The translations under genes were made by a program, and so were the position numbers. Under the pieces are notes generated by a model. The model was not told the DNA's origin and ran no database searches. It saw only the letters and a list, made by a program, of their open reading frames with translations. A DNA stretch of 64,000 nucleotides, taken from the NCBI GenBank assembly GCA_001794195.1, contig MGJI01000006.1, positions 2,650 through 66,649 of the forward strand, read 5' to 3'. Each line of letters starts with the position of its first letter. Within the stretch, counting starts at the first letter, position 1. This document shows, one piece after another, positions 9,773 to 18,266 of this stretch. This stretch comes from Candidatus Yanofskybacteria bacterium RIFCSPHIGHO2_01_FULL_44_17 (lineage in GTDB: Bacteria; Patescibacteriota; Minisyncoccia; 2-02-FULL-40-12; IGHO2-01-FULL-4-A).

Positions 9773-10435
9773 ATGAATGAATATTGGAACCTAGGTGTTG
9801 GGCCAGCTCAGAAGTTTGAGAAAGCCCTGAACCGAAACGGTTGTACCCCAGCCGAACTGGACACTTTGTCCAGTGGCAGTCTTCTTAGCCAAGTCCGGCG
9901 AGTCATCGCTGGGCAAGCCAAGATCGTCCCAGTCGAACCGCAGATGGACCGCTGGGTTACCATCAACTCCACGACCATCGCCGTTAACCTCGGCGCCACG
10001 CCGAGACTACCTTTCGATGGAGCCCGAGTCGAGAGCCACATCGGTAATGGCTGGGCCATCGTCGAGAGGCGGGCGGACGGATTGTATGTGAATGACCACA
10101 AAGTCATCCTGCATCTGTCCAAGCGTCAAATAGTCGGTAGTAAGTTCGTCCGAGGCTACGAACTCCGCAGAGAGCTGACGGGCAAGCCCGTCCTCAACGC
10201 GAACATTCTGGATGCCCTCTACGACAATCCCCACCTCATTCCCGAGGACTGGAAGAAAGATGAGCATGACAACATCCGCTACATCTTCTTCTGGGGCAGC
10301 ATCTATTGCGATGTTGACGGCCGCCTGTGTGTCCGCGCCCTCTGCTTCCGCAGCAGTGCGTGGGGCCGGAGCTGCAACTGGCTCGTCGACGACTGGCTCG
10401 GCCCCGACCTGGCGGCTTCGCTCGCAAGTGTCTGA
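9773..10435 (+). CDS. hypothetical protein encoded in a GC-rich (foreign-composition) island
   Basis: Complete 220-aa ORF with strong G/C third-codon-position bias (gtc atc ctg cat ctg tcc ... ccc gtc ctc aac gcg) in an otherwise AT-rich genome. Spurious ORFs appear in several other frames because of the GC content. No domain recognised. Confidence 0.6.
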   Translation: MNEYWNLGVGPAQKFEKALNRNGCTPAELDTLSSGSLLSQVRRVIAGQAKIVPVEPQMDRWVTINSTTIAVNLGATPRLPFDGARVESHIGNGWAIVERRADGLYVNDHKVILHLSKRQIVGSKFVRGYELRRELTGKPVLNANILDALYDNPHLIPEDWKKDEHDNIRYIFFWGSIYCDVDGRLCVRALCFRSSAWGRSCNWLVDDWLGPDLAASLASV

Positions 10436-10493
10436 ACTTGGGGCTTAGCCCCTCTGATCTTTTTGACCCTTGGGATTTTATCCTTGGGGTCCT

Positions 10494-10525
10494 GCCCGCA
10501 CGGTAACGTGCGGGCGTTTCTTTTT
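10494..10525 (+). terminator. Rho-independent terminator
   Basis: GCCCGCACG-GTAA-CGTGCGGGC stem-loop followed by GTTTCTTTTT. A smaller GGGGCT-T-AGCCCC hairpin plus T-run lies at 10440-10465. Confidence 0.7.
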
Positions 10526-10586
10526 CAAAAATTCATGATAAGATCACCCTGGTAGTAGGAATATGTATACAAATTGGAAAATAAAA

Positions 10587-11843
10587 TTAGAGAATAGCTT
10601 CAATTTGTTCAAGCATGCGGCGGAGGATGAATTTGTGGAGGACGGTTTGGTGGGCTTGGATGCCGAGTTCGCGGCGGAGAGTTTCGTCTCCGACGAGTTT
10701 GTTTATGGCTTTAGCAAGAGCTTGTGGATTGGCCGGCGGCACGATGAGGCCGTTCTTGCCCAGCACCACTTCGCCTGGTGGCGAAGTGGTGCTGGGTGAA
10801 CCATTTTCAATTACTTCAGGATTGGCGCCGACAGCGGTGACTACAACGGGTAGTTTGGCAGACATCGCTTCAAGTACCGCCCAGGGAAAGCCTTCTTTAA
10901 CTGACGGCAAGACAAAAATATCGAAAGCCTTGAGGTATCTATAGGCATCAACGATCTTTCCTGCAAGAAAAATTTTATTTTCTAATTTTAGATTATTAAT
11001 TCTAGATTCTAGATTCTGTCTTTCTGGACCATCGCCGATTATAACTAGGTTGTAGGTGTTGGGCTTTAGGTTATAGGTTAAAATCCGGAAAGCGTTGATT
11101 AAATACCCTAAACCTTTGGTTGGGTAAAAGTTGGCGATGGTGCCGATAAGCAGACCGGAGTGCAAAAAGTTTGCGTGCTTCTGTGACGATGGCAAGTTCT
11201 CATATAGGCGGATTTTAGCTTCGTCTTTTTCTAAAAACTCAAGTTTGTACGGGTCTATGCCGTTGTGAACTAGAATTATCTTTTCGCGCGGTTTGATGCC
11301 GAATTTAATTGCTTGGTCGTAATCGTGCTTATTGTTGACAATAATGTAGTCTTTCCACGATGCGCTGATTTTCTCTAACCAGCGGTAAGCCAGTCGTTTC
11401 CACCATGGCCATGGGTCGTTGAATGTCCAGCCGCCGATTCTATAGATAGTTTTTAGGTTGTAGGTTGTGGGTTGTAGTAGTTTGGCGGCGAGAGAGCCGA
11501 TAAAGCCGGCCTTGGAGCTGTTTAGAAATAGCGTATCGGGCTCGAAATCCTTAATGAGTCTTTTGATTTCAAAAACAGCGGTGATGTCACTGAAAACATT
11601 GGGGTTCCGACGCAAGTGTTTGGCGGTCAGATATTTTATACCCGCGGGCAGTATAGCCGCGATTTCCTTGTTACCGTCGGTTCCACCGGCCACGGCCAGT
11701 TCAAAACGATTGGGATCAAGATGGCCTGCCAACTGTGCCAGAAACATCTGAGCTCCGCCCAATTCCGACTGGGTAATTATAAATAAAACCCTCTTTTTTG
11801 GGTTGTTGGTCTGCTGGTTTATGTGGTTGCTTATGCTATCCAT
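10587..11843 (-). CDS. GT4-family glycosyltransferase carrying an in-frame 46-bp palindromic insertion
   Basis: GT-B/GT4 C-terminal motif EGFPWAVLEAMSAKLPVVVTAVGANPEVIENG...GLIVPP. The NG/GLIV core is interrupted by SPSTTSPPGEVVLGK, which is encoded by a perfect hairpin. Confidence 0.8.
   Translation of the reverse strand: MDSISNHINQQTNNPKKRVLFIITQSELGGAQMFLAQLAGHLDPNRFELAVAGGTDGNKEIAAILPAGIKYLTAKHLRRNPNVFSDITAVFEIKRLIKDFEPDTLFLNSSKAGFIGSLAAKLLQPTTYNLKTIYRIGGWTFNDPWPWWKRLAYRWLEKISASWKDYIIVNNKHDYDQAIKFGIKPREKIILVHNGIDPYKLEFLEKDEAKIRLYENLPSSQKHANFLHSGLLIGTIANFYPTKGLGYLINAFRILTYNLKPNTYNLVIIGDGPERQNLESRINNLKLENKIFLAGKIVDAYRYLKAFDIFVLPSVKEGFPWAVLEAMSAKLPVVVTAVGANPEVIENGSPSTTSPPGEVVLGKNGLIVPPANPQALAKAINKLVGDETLRRELGIQAHQTVLHKFILRRMLEQIEAIL
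10755..10800 (-). repeat. 46-bp palindromic insertion element (copy A) inside the GT4 coding sequence
   Basis: On the coding strand: TTCACCCAGCACCACTTCGCCACCAGGCGAAGTGGTGCTGGGCAAG. The stem is 17 bp with a 4-nt loop. It is flanked by AATGG / AACGG. Confidence 0.75.
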
Positions 11844-11866
11844 TTATGGCAATATAATATAGTAAA

Positions 11867-13045
11867 ATGGAGGGAAAAGCAACACAAAGAATTTTGGTAT
11901 TTGCGACTAATTATCTGCCCCATATTGGAGGAGCAGAATTGGCATTCCATGAAGTTGCGATACGTATTCCCGAAGTAACTTTTGACCTCATCACCTCTCG
12001 CCTTAAAGACCCGTTCGATCCCAAGAAACTTTTGCCTTCCGAGGAAAAGTTCAAAAACGTGAACATTTACAGAGTAGGTTCGGGTTTTAATCTGGCCAAG
12101 CTAGTGCTACCTAAAAGCTTGTATCCCATAGCCGCCTACAACAAGGCCACGGAACTATACAAAAAATTCGGCCCGTATAAAAAGATTTATGCCCTGCAGG
12201 CTTCGCAGGGCGGCGGAGCGGCCTGGTTGTTTAAGATTTTTAATCCGGAGGTCACGCTCATATTAAACTTACAGGAAGGCAAGGATTTTAAAAAACAAGG
12301 GTCGCTGATTAATTTTTTCCGGAGCTTAATTATAAAAAAAGCAGACGCTATTGTTGCCATAAGTAGTTATCTTAAGGAGTACGCCAAAAAAATTAACAAG
12401 AAATCCAAAATTCACGTAATACCCAACGGAGTAGATATCGGACACTTTTCAACCGAGTACAGCTATGGGGAGCTATCGGGATTGTCCGATCAGCTTGGGA
12501 TTAAGCCAGGCGATAAGGTTATTGTCAGCGTCTCACGCCTGGTTCCCAAAAATGGCATCGATATTTTGGTAGAGGCGTTTGCCGAGGTATGTAAACTTAA
12601 AAATAAAAGTTATAAACTTCTGTTACTTGGCGATGGGCCGGAAAAGGAAAATCTCAAATCTCAAATCGCAAGCCTCAAACTTGAAAATCAGGTTATTTTT
12701 GCGGGGACCGTTGGGCATGCCGAGCTACCTAAATATTTGAAGATCTCTGATGTTTTTGTCAGATCGTCTCGATCGGAGGGTTTGGGTAGTTCATTCTTGG
12801 AAGCTATGTCGGCCGGTGTGCCGGTAATAGGAACCAGGGTTGGTGGAATCCCAGACTTTCTAAAAGATCGCGAAACGGGTCTTTTTTGCAAAACTGATAA
12901 TCCTGTTGATTTGTCCAAGCAAATCTCTCGTATTTTAACTGACGAAGAATTGCGTGCTAAGGTGATTAAGAATGGGCGCAGTCTGGTTGTCGAAAATTAT
13001 GATTGGGACAAGATAACCAAAAGCTTCAAAGAGCTTTATTTATGA
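11867..13045 (+). CDS. GT4-family glycosyltransferase
   Basis: GT4 signature RSSRSEGLGSSFLEAMSAGVPVIGTRVGGIPDFLKDRETGLF. Divergently arranged with the gene at 10587. Confidence 0.8.
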   Translation: MEGKATQRILVFATNYLPHIGGAELAFHEVAIRIPEVTFDLITSRLKDPFDPKKLLPSEEKFKNVNIYRVGSGFNLAKLVLPKSLYPIAAYNKATELYKKFGPYKKIYALQASQGGGAAWLFKIFNPEVTLILNLQEGKDFKKQGSLINFFRSLIIKKADAIVAISSYLKEYAKKINKKSKIHVIPNGVDIGHFSTEYSYGELSGLSDQLGIKPGDKVIVSVSRLVPKNGIDILVEAFAEVCKLKNKSYKLLLLGDGPEKENLKSQIASLKLENQVIFAGTVGHAELPKYLKISDVFVRSSRSEGLGSSFLEAMSAGVPVIGTRVGGIPDFLKDRETGLFCKTDNPVDLSKQISRILTDEELRAKVIKNGRSLVVENYDWDKITKSFKELYL

Positions 13046-14106
13046 CCTCTATTTTAATAGCCGAATACACAAGGCGTTCAAACGAAATAGGCAGGCCGTC
13101 TTACGGCCAGATTTTGTCGCAGGGACTTTCCAGCGACTTTAAAATCTATTCTTCCGGTAGTTTTTTAAAGATATTAAGCTTGGCGGGCGAGGTAGATACT
13201 ATTTTTGCTACCACCCCGGTGGGCTCAGGTTATGCTGCCTATTTGGCGGCAAAGTTGCGGAAGAAAAGTTTTTTGTTAAGAGTTGACGACGATTATGCCT
13301 GGAGATCAGCAATTGAGAGCGGCAAGACATATCTTTTGGCTAGTGACTTCCAGAAATTTCCAAAAAAAGGGCATGCCTCTGGCACATTCAAACGACAGGC
13401 TCGGATTTGTGCGCAGGCAGATGTTATTATCGTGCCGTCTAAATTTATGTCAGAAATCGTAAGCGGCTGGGGGGTGATGGCGGAGAAAATAAAAATAATA
13501 GCCGACCCTATTAATTACGGGCTGACCGATATAAGCAAAGAGGAGGCAAGGAAAAAAATTGGTATTCCCGGTAATTTGCTGATATCTGTCGGGCCGCTTG
13601 TTCCATGGAAGGGCTTCCGCATGTTGGTTAAACTGATGCCTCAGCTCGCCGCAATCAACCAGTTTTTTCGTCTGGTTATAGTGGGTGATGGGCCGGAACT
13701 AAAAATTCTCAAGCCGATGATCAAAAATCTAGGTCTTGATAAAAAGATTTATTTGATGGGCAGAAAGAGCGAAGAAGAATTGGCTCTGCTTTTGGCGGCT
13801 TCAGACGTGTTTATTTTGAACAGCGGTCACGAGGCTTTCCCCAGCGAAACGATAAGGGCTATGATGGCTGGTCTGCCGGTTATCACAACGGCCGTCGGCG
13901 CAAATCCGGAGGTTATTGAACAAGGGGAGAACGGATTTATGATTAAGTACAATGATGAATTCAATTTAGTAGAAGCCATTAAAACGGTATGGCAGACTCC
14001 GCTACTGCGGGAGAGGTTTATTGAAGAAGGAAAGAAGACGGCGCAGCGGTTTAGTCTGGAAAAAACGATGGAAGAAATTAAAAAAGTTATAGGTTATAAG
14101 CCATAA
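13042..14106 (+). CDS. GT4-family glycosyltransferase (start placed at the ATGA overlap; ORF-track start 13003 is probably spurious)
   Basis: Motif ...AMMAGLPVITTAVGANPEVIEQGENGFMIKY. It shares TAVGANPEVIE with the 10587 gene but lacks the palindromic insert. Confidence 0.75.
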   Translation: MTSILIAEYTRRSNEIGRPSYGQILSQGLSSDFKIYSSGSFLKILSLAGEVDTIFATTPVGSGYAAYLAAKLRKKSFLLRVDDDYAWRSAIESGKTYLLASDFQKFPKKGHASGTFKRQARICAQADVIIVPSKFMSEIVSGWGVMAEKIKIIADPINYGLTDISKEEARKKIGIPGNLLISVGPLVPWKGFRMLVKLMPQLAAINQFFRLVIVGDGPELKILKPMIKNLGLDKKIYLMGRKSEEELALLLAASDVFILNSGHEAFPSETIRAMMAGLPVITTAVGANPEVIEQGENGFMIKYNDEFNLVEAIKTVWQTPLLRERFIEEGKKTAQRFSLEKTMEEIKKVIGYKP

Positions 14107-14111
14107 GCAAT

Positions 14112-15287
14112 ATGCGACTTCTAATGATATCAGGTGCGGGCGCGAGTTCTTTGGTCCAAGGCAAGCGGGGCGCGTTTTATAGTACCCTTGAAGAGTTCCA
14201 TAAGTATTGGGAGCGGATTGATGTAATATGCCCCGCTGTCACAACTATCAACTACCAACTACCAACGACCAACTACTTTGGCAATGTTTTTATCCATCCG
14301 TCGCCACGGCCGTTAATAATGCAGCCATTGTGGATTTTGAAGAAAGGCCGCGAATTGTACCGTGAACACAAATTTGACTTAATAACCGTCCACGAGTTCC
14401 CCCCGTTTTATAACGGAATCGGCGCGAGGTTACTTTGGAATAAAATCCATGTTCCGTATGTTTTGGAAATTCATCATGTTCCCGGATACCCTAAGGCTGC
14501 AGGGCTTAAGGAGCGGCTGTATAAAATTGCGATGCAACGGTTCATAAAATACGATGTTGCCAAGGCAAGGGCTGTGCGTGTGGTCAATCAGCATCAGGTT
14601 CCTGATTTTTTGACCAATGCTGGGGTTCCGGCCGAAAAAATAAAATATATCCCCTCGGCCTATATTGATCTAGAGACATTTAGGCCGATGCCAGAAGTTG
14701 AGAAGAAATATGATTTAGTTTTTGCGGCCAGGCTTGAAAAAAATAAAGGCGTGGGCTTATTATTGGATGCGGTTGCCAGCCTTAAGATCCAAGTCCCCAG
14801 TCTTAACCTACTGATTATCGGCGATGGTCCGGAAAGACAGAATTTGGAAGAAAGAATAGAGGCCCTAGGGTTAGAAAACAATGTCATTTTGACCGGCTGG
14901 TTGCCAACAGTCGGTGATGTGGCGCGAGCCTATAATAGCGCCAGGATTTTTATCAACCCCTCTTTAAATGAGGGCGGACCCAGAGTGGCGCTGGAAGCTA
15001 TGGCTTGTGGTTTGCCCGTAATTACAACGCCAGTAGGGTTGATGATTGATGTAATAAAAAACGGTTCACCCAGCACCACTTTGCAAGATAGCAAAGTGGT
15101 GCTGGGCAAGAACGGCCTGATTACCAATTGGGAGCCGGAAGATATGGCCAATAAAATCTTGTATTTGCTTAATGACAGACAGCTGCAAGTACGGTTTTCC
15201 GCTGCCAGCTTAGAATTGGTCAAACAATTTGAAAAACAGTCAGTAATTAGAAACTACGCTCTAAAATTACGCGGCCCCGTAACCTAA
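14112..15287 (+). CDS. GT4-family glycosyltransferase carrying an in-frame 46-bp palindromic insertion
   Basis: NEGGPRVALEAMACGLPVITTPVGLMIDVIKNG-[SPSTTLQDSKVVLGK]-NGLITN. Imperfect AACTACC heptamer repeats at 14243-14277 encode TINYQLPTTNY. Confidence 0.75.
   Translation: MRLLMISGAGASSLVQGKRGAFYSTLEEFHKYWERIDVICPAVTTINYQLPTTNYFGNVFIHPSPRPLIMQPLWILKKGRELYREHKFDLITVHEFPPFYNGIGARLLWNKIHVPYVLEIHHVPGYPKAAGLKERLYKIAMQRFIKYDVAKARAVRVVNQHQVPDFLTNAGVPAEKIKYIPSAYIDLETFRPMPEVEKKYDLVFAARLEKNKGVGLLLDAVASLKIQVPSLNLLIIGDGPERQNLEERIEALGLENNVILTGWLPTVGDVARAYNSARIFINPSLNEGGPRVALEAMACGLPVITTPVGLMIDVIKNGSPSTTLQDSKVVLGKNGLITNWEPEDMANKILYLLNDRQLQVRFSAASLELVKQFEKQSVIRNYALKLRGPVT
15065..15110 (+). repeat. 46-bp palindromic insertion element (copy B) inside the GT4 coding sequence
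   Basis: TTCACCCAGCACCACTTTGCAAGATAGCAAAGTGGTGCTGGGCAAG. The 16-bp stem is CCCAGCACCACTTTGC/GCAAAGTGGTGCTGGG with loop AAGATA. It is flanked by an AACGG direct repeat (15060-15064 and 15111-15115). Confidence 0.75.
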
Positions 15288-15435
15288 AAGTTATCCACAG
15301 AAAAGTGGGCATAGTCAAGTCAGCGGAGGTATAATTAATACATAATATATACCATCTGCTAATACTACGGTCTTTTGGACAGTAGCACTTCTTTACGTAT
15401 AAGACGATTTTGCCAGACGGTAGGTTTTAATCAAA

Positions 15436-17118
15436 ATGGGAACAAGTTTTATTTTGCCTAAGGCACGGTCAGTTTTTATAATTTGGTCTGCGCTTGTTAT
15501 TATCGCTTTGATGGCGGTATTTTTTATGTTTTCAAATAAGGCAAGTGCGGCAGATGCCGGTGAATTCGTATTTTTCAGGATTGATAGCGAAATCGATACT
15601 TTGATAGCTGATAAAGGTACGTTGTCTCTTAGATTTTCATGCGGTGGCGCTACGGCGGCCGCTTACGTTGAAGATGGTACGGCTTCTGAAAGTACTAATT
15701 CAGCAGATGGTATTATAAAACTTGCATCGGCTTCTAAAGAAATGACAGATGCCAGTTGTACTGTTTTGGGCAGTCAATGGGATGGTAGTAAAACTATTCG
15801 CGCCTCGATTTCTATAGATGGTTGGGTGGCAAGAACTTGGGAGGTCGTTCTTCTGGCATCTACTACTGCCGAATTTGTCACCAGAGCAAGTGTGGACTAT
15901 ACCATTTTGGTTAATGGCGTAGATGATGAGTTAGGTACTGCTATCACGCTTGATGGTACTTCGGCCTCGGCTTCTTATAGCGGAACGGTTGCTTCACAGT
16001 CATACAGCAATTACAGTGGCTCATACAAGAAATATATTGCCGGTTCAACCAGTAGTGGTACGGTTAAGGGTGGTGCCAACGGCTATGTTAACAGAACCTC
16101 CGCCGCTCTGACGATTTCCCCCACGGCTTCACAGTCCGTTGACTTCGGCGTAGAAACAGACAGCGGTTTGGACGAAAGCGGATTGGACTTCGGCCACAAA
16201 GTAAGAGTGTATGAATCCGGAGGAAGTTTTGCGGATAACAAATTTACCACTGGTGCAGTAACAGCCGGAGATAGTTTTAGCACGACTTGTACAAATAATA
16301 GTGACGGAAACTGGTATTGTCCCGTGCCTATTGCCAATACAGAAACATCCGCGAAATTTATTTTGACAGGATTTGTAACTTCGACGGGAACATATACCGA
16401 CCGAACTGCTGGATCAAGCGCTTCCGATAGCATTGATATTACACCAGTTAGGACTACCCCTAGCGGTGGTGGTGGAACACCCACGCCCACGCCGACCCCG
16501 ACTCCTACCCCAAGTCCTACGCCTGGCGTATCTGTTTCGCCAACCCCAACTCCAGGAGTTTCACCAACGCCCACGCCAACTGTTGGAGTAAAACTATATC
16601 GCAAGGTAAGCGACCCCAAGGTTTATGTTTTAGGCGCAGATGGAATGTTGACCTGGGTTAGGACGTTGGAAGAGTTTAATGCCGCTGGCTATAAGTGGTC
16701 TGATGTCCAGTTAATATCCGGTCCGGAATTCGCAAAATTTAAACAAGCCTCAGTTTCTGGTGCCAAATTGTTGCGTCAGGAAAATAACCCTAAGGTCTAT
16801 GCCCAAGGTAATGATGGAATTTTCCGATGGGTGAAAACTGCACAGGAATTTAATGGCAAGGGATATAAGTGGGAAGAGATCCAACTTGTTTCTGCGGGGG
16901 AACTTGCTGGATACGTGATTGGCGGCAGAATCAAGGTGGTTGGCGGAATTGCTTTCTTGCGTGTTCGTGAAAATCCAAGCACTAAGAGTAAGATTCTTGG
17001 GCAGGTCCTTACCGGACAGGAGTTTGATTTTTCCGATCTTGAGAACGGTTGGTACAGAATTAGAAAAGACGGCAAAGATTGGGGATGGGTGTTCGCGGGA
17101 TACGCCAACGAGATCTAA
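15436..17118 (+). CDS. cell-surface protein: signal anchor, Thr/Ser-rich region, (PT)n linker, two ~55-aa repeats and a C-terminal bacterial SH3 (SH3b) domain
   Basis: TPTPTPTPTPTPSPTPGVSVSPTPTPGVSPTPTPT linker. Duplicated KVYxxGxDGxxxWVxTxxEFNxxGYKW motif. SH3_3-like C-terminus GWYRIRKDGKDWGWVFAGY. Confidence 0.6.
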   Translation: MGTSFILPKARSVFIIWSALVIIALMAVFFMFSNKASAADAGEFVFFRIDSEIDTLIADKGTLSLRFSCGGATAAAYVEDGTASESTNSADGIIKLASASKEMTDASCTVLGSQWDGSKTIRASISIDGWVARTWEVVLLASTTAEFVTRASVDYTILVNGVDDELGTAITLDGTSASASYSGTVASQSYSNYSGSYKKYIAGSTSSGTVKGGANGYVNRTSAALTISPTASQSVDFGVETDSGLDESGLDFGHKVRVYESGGSFADNKFTTGAVTAGDSFSTTCTNNSDGNWYCPVPIANTETSAKFILTGFVTSTGTYTDRTAGSSASDSIDITPVRTTPSGGGGTPTPTPTPTPTPSPTPGVSVSPTPTPGVSPTPTPTVGVKLYRKVSDPKVYVLGADGMLTWVRTLEEFNAAGYKWSDVQLISGPEFAKFKQASVSGAKLLRQENNPKVYAQGNDGIFRWVKTAQEFNGKGYKWEEIQLVSAGELAGYVIGGRIKVVGGIAFLRVRENPSTKSKILGQVLTGQEFDFSDLENGWYRIRKDGKDWGWVFAGYANEI

Positions 17119-17134
17119 AATTTAGGATAAAACT

Positions 17135-17168
17135 AAAACCCCCTTCGACAAACTCAGGGGGTTTTATG
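17135..17168 (+). terminator. Rho-independent terminator
   Basis: AAAACCCCC-TTCGACAAACTCA-GGGGGTTTT followed by ATGTT. Confidence 0.7.
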
Positions 17169-17204
17169 TTGAATAGGCTAAATTTTTCATATATTGTATG
17201 ATAA

Positions 17205-18266
17205 ATGCCTAATTTACTCATAATCACCCAAAAAGTTGATTCAAATGACGATGTCCTCGGCTTTTTTCACGAGTGGATTCGCGAATTTTCCAAGAAATGC
17301 GGCAAGGTGACTGTTATTTGCCTGAAGCTTGGCCAGTACGATTTGCCGTCAAATGTTAAGGTTATGTCCCTTGGCAAAGAGAGAGGGTTGGGCAAGCTTC
17401 GGTATTTGTTAAATTTTTACAAATATATTTGGCAGGAACGCAAGAATTATGATGCTGTTTTTGCGCATATGAATCCGCAATATATTCCCTTGGGATGGCC
17501 GGTATGGAAACTGCTAGGCAAAAAAATGTCGCTCTGGTATGCACATGGGCACGTGCCGCCGATGCTTAAAATTGCAGATCACCTGACGGACATTGCTTTT
17601 GCGTCTACGCCAGAGGGTTACCGCTTGCCCAGCAAGAAACTAAAAATCGTGGGGCAGGGGATTGATGTTAATAAATTTAGGCCCGCAGAAGGTAAGGCGA
17701 TAAAAGAGTTTTTTAAAATTGTTTCGGTCGGCAGGATTTCGCCATCAAAGGACTACGAAACGCTGATAGGGGCTATCGAATTATTATCGCCTAGCGGTAA
17801 ATTTAAAATAGAAATTGCTGGTAGTCCGGCCAATCCCAGCGACAAAGATTATTTAGAAAATTTAAAACGACTGGTCAGTGAAAAAGCGCTTAGCGTCATA
17901 GTCGAGTTCATCGGTCCGATTGCCAACAAAAATCTTCCGCCATTTTTACAATCTGCGGACCTGTTCGTGAACATGGGCCATACGGGCAGTTTGGATAAGG
18001 CTAATCTCGAGGCTATGGCTTGCGGTTTGCCGCTCCTAACCTGTAATGAGGCTTACGAAAACATTCTGGGAGAGTACAAAAGTATGCTCATGTACCCCAA
18101 GAGGGACGTCCGGTCTTTATCAGAAAAAATCGGTATGATTATTAATTTAAACCAACAAGAAAGAGAAAAAATAAGTCACTATTTGAGACAGATTGTCGTT
18201 CGAGATCATAATTTGGAAGAATTGGTAAACAAAATTAGCGCGATTTTATTTAGCCAAAACCAATGA
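17205..18266 (+). CDS. GT-B glycosyltransferase (GT4-like)
   Basis: C-terminal motif GSLDKANLEAMACGLPLLTCNEAYENILGE. 4-bp ATGA overlap with the next gene. Confidence 0.65.
   Translation: MPNLLIITQKVDSNDDVLGFFHEWIREFSKKCGKVTVICLKLGQYDLPSNVKVMSLGKERGLGKLRYLLNFYKYIWQERKNYDAVFAHMNPQYIPLGWPVWKLLGKKMSLWYAHGHVPPMLKIADHLTDIAFASTPEGYRLPSKKLKIVGQGIDVNKFRPAEGKAIKEFFKIVSVGRISPSKDYETLIGAIELLSPSGKFKIEIAGSPANPSDKDYLENLKRLVSEKALSVIVEFIGPIANKNLPPFLQSADLFVNMGHTGSLDKANLEAMACGLPLLTCNEAYENILGEYKSMLMYPKRDVRSLSEKIGMIINLNQQEREKISHYLRQIVVRDHNLEELVNKISAILFSQNQ

Noticed and set aside
9560-10460. Considered whether the GC-rich block is a large structured ncRNA (RNase P, tmRNA or an ornate large RNA), since structured RNAs stand out as GC-rich in AT-rich genomes.
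   Set aside because: The GC enrichment is concentrated at third codon positions of one long frame with proper start and stop codons, which is the signature of a protein-coding gene from a high-GC donor. I found no RNase P P4 consensus (AGGAAAGTCCGGGC) and no tmRNA T-arm or CCA end.
10615-10944. Plus-strand ORFs 10615..10944 and 11467..11751, and several 60-100-aa ORFs antisense to GT4 genes. Similar antisense ORFs occur at 1505..1708, 1973..2239, 3999..4214, 4612..5222, 12688..12918, 14660..15223, 19115..19455, 20350..20948 and 21111..21383.
   Set aside because: They are embedded antisense within well-supported longer genes, with no RBS or domain signal. They are treated as spurious.
10970-11080. 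Short ATTCTAG / AGGTTGT period-7 repeats looked like a possible CRISPR or satellite array.
   Set aside because: There are only 2-3 imperfect units each, all inside a coding region where they encode NLK/TYNLK amino-acid repeats. There is no repeat-spacer architecture.
13003-13041. ORF-track start at 13003 for the third GT4 gene.
   Set aside because: It would overlap the preceding gene by 43 nt. An in-frame ATG at 13042 forms a classic ATGA start/stop overlap and gives a GT4 N-terminus of typical length.
16083-16619. 178-aa minus-strand ORF rich in GVGVG repeats.
   Set aside because: It is the reverse complement of the (PT)n linker of the surface-protein gene 15436..17118 and is a low-complexity artefact.
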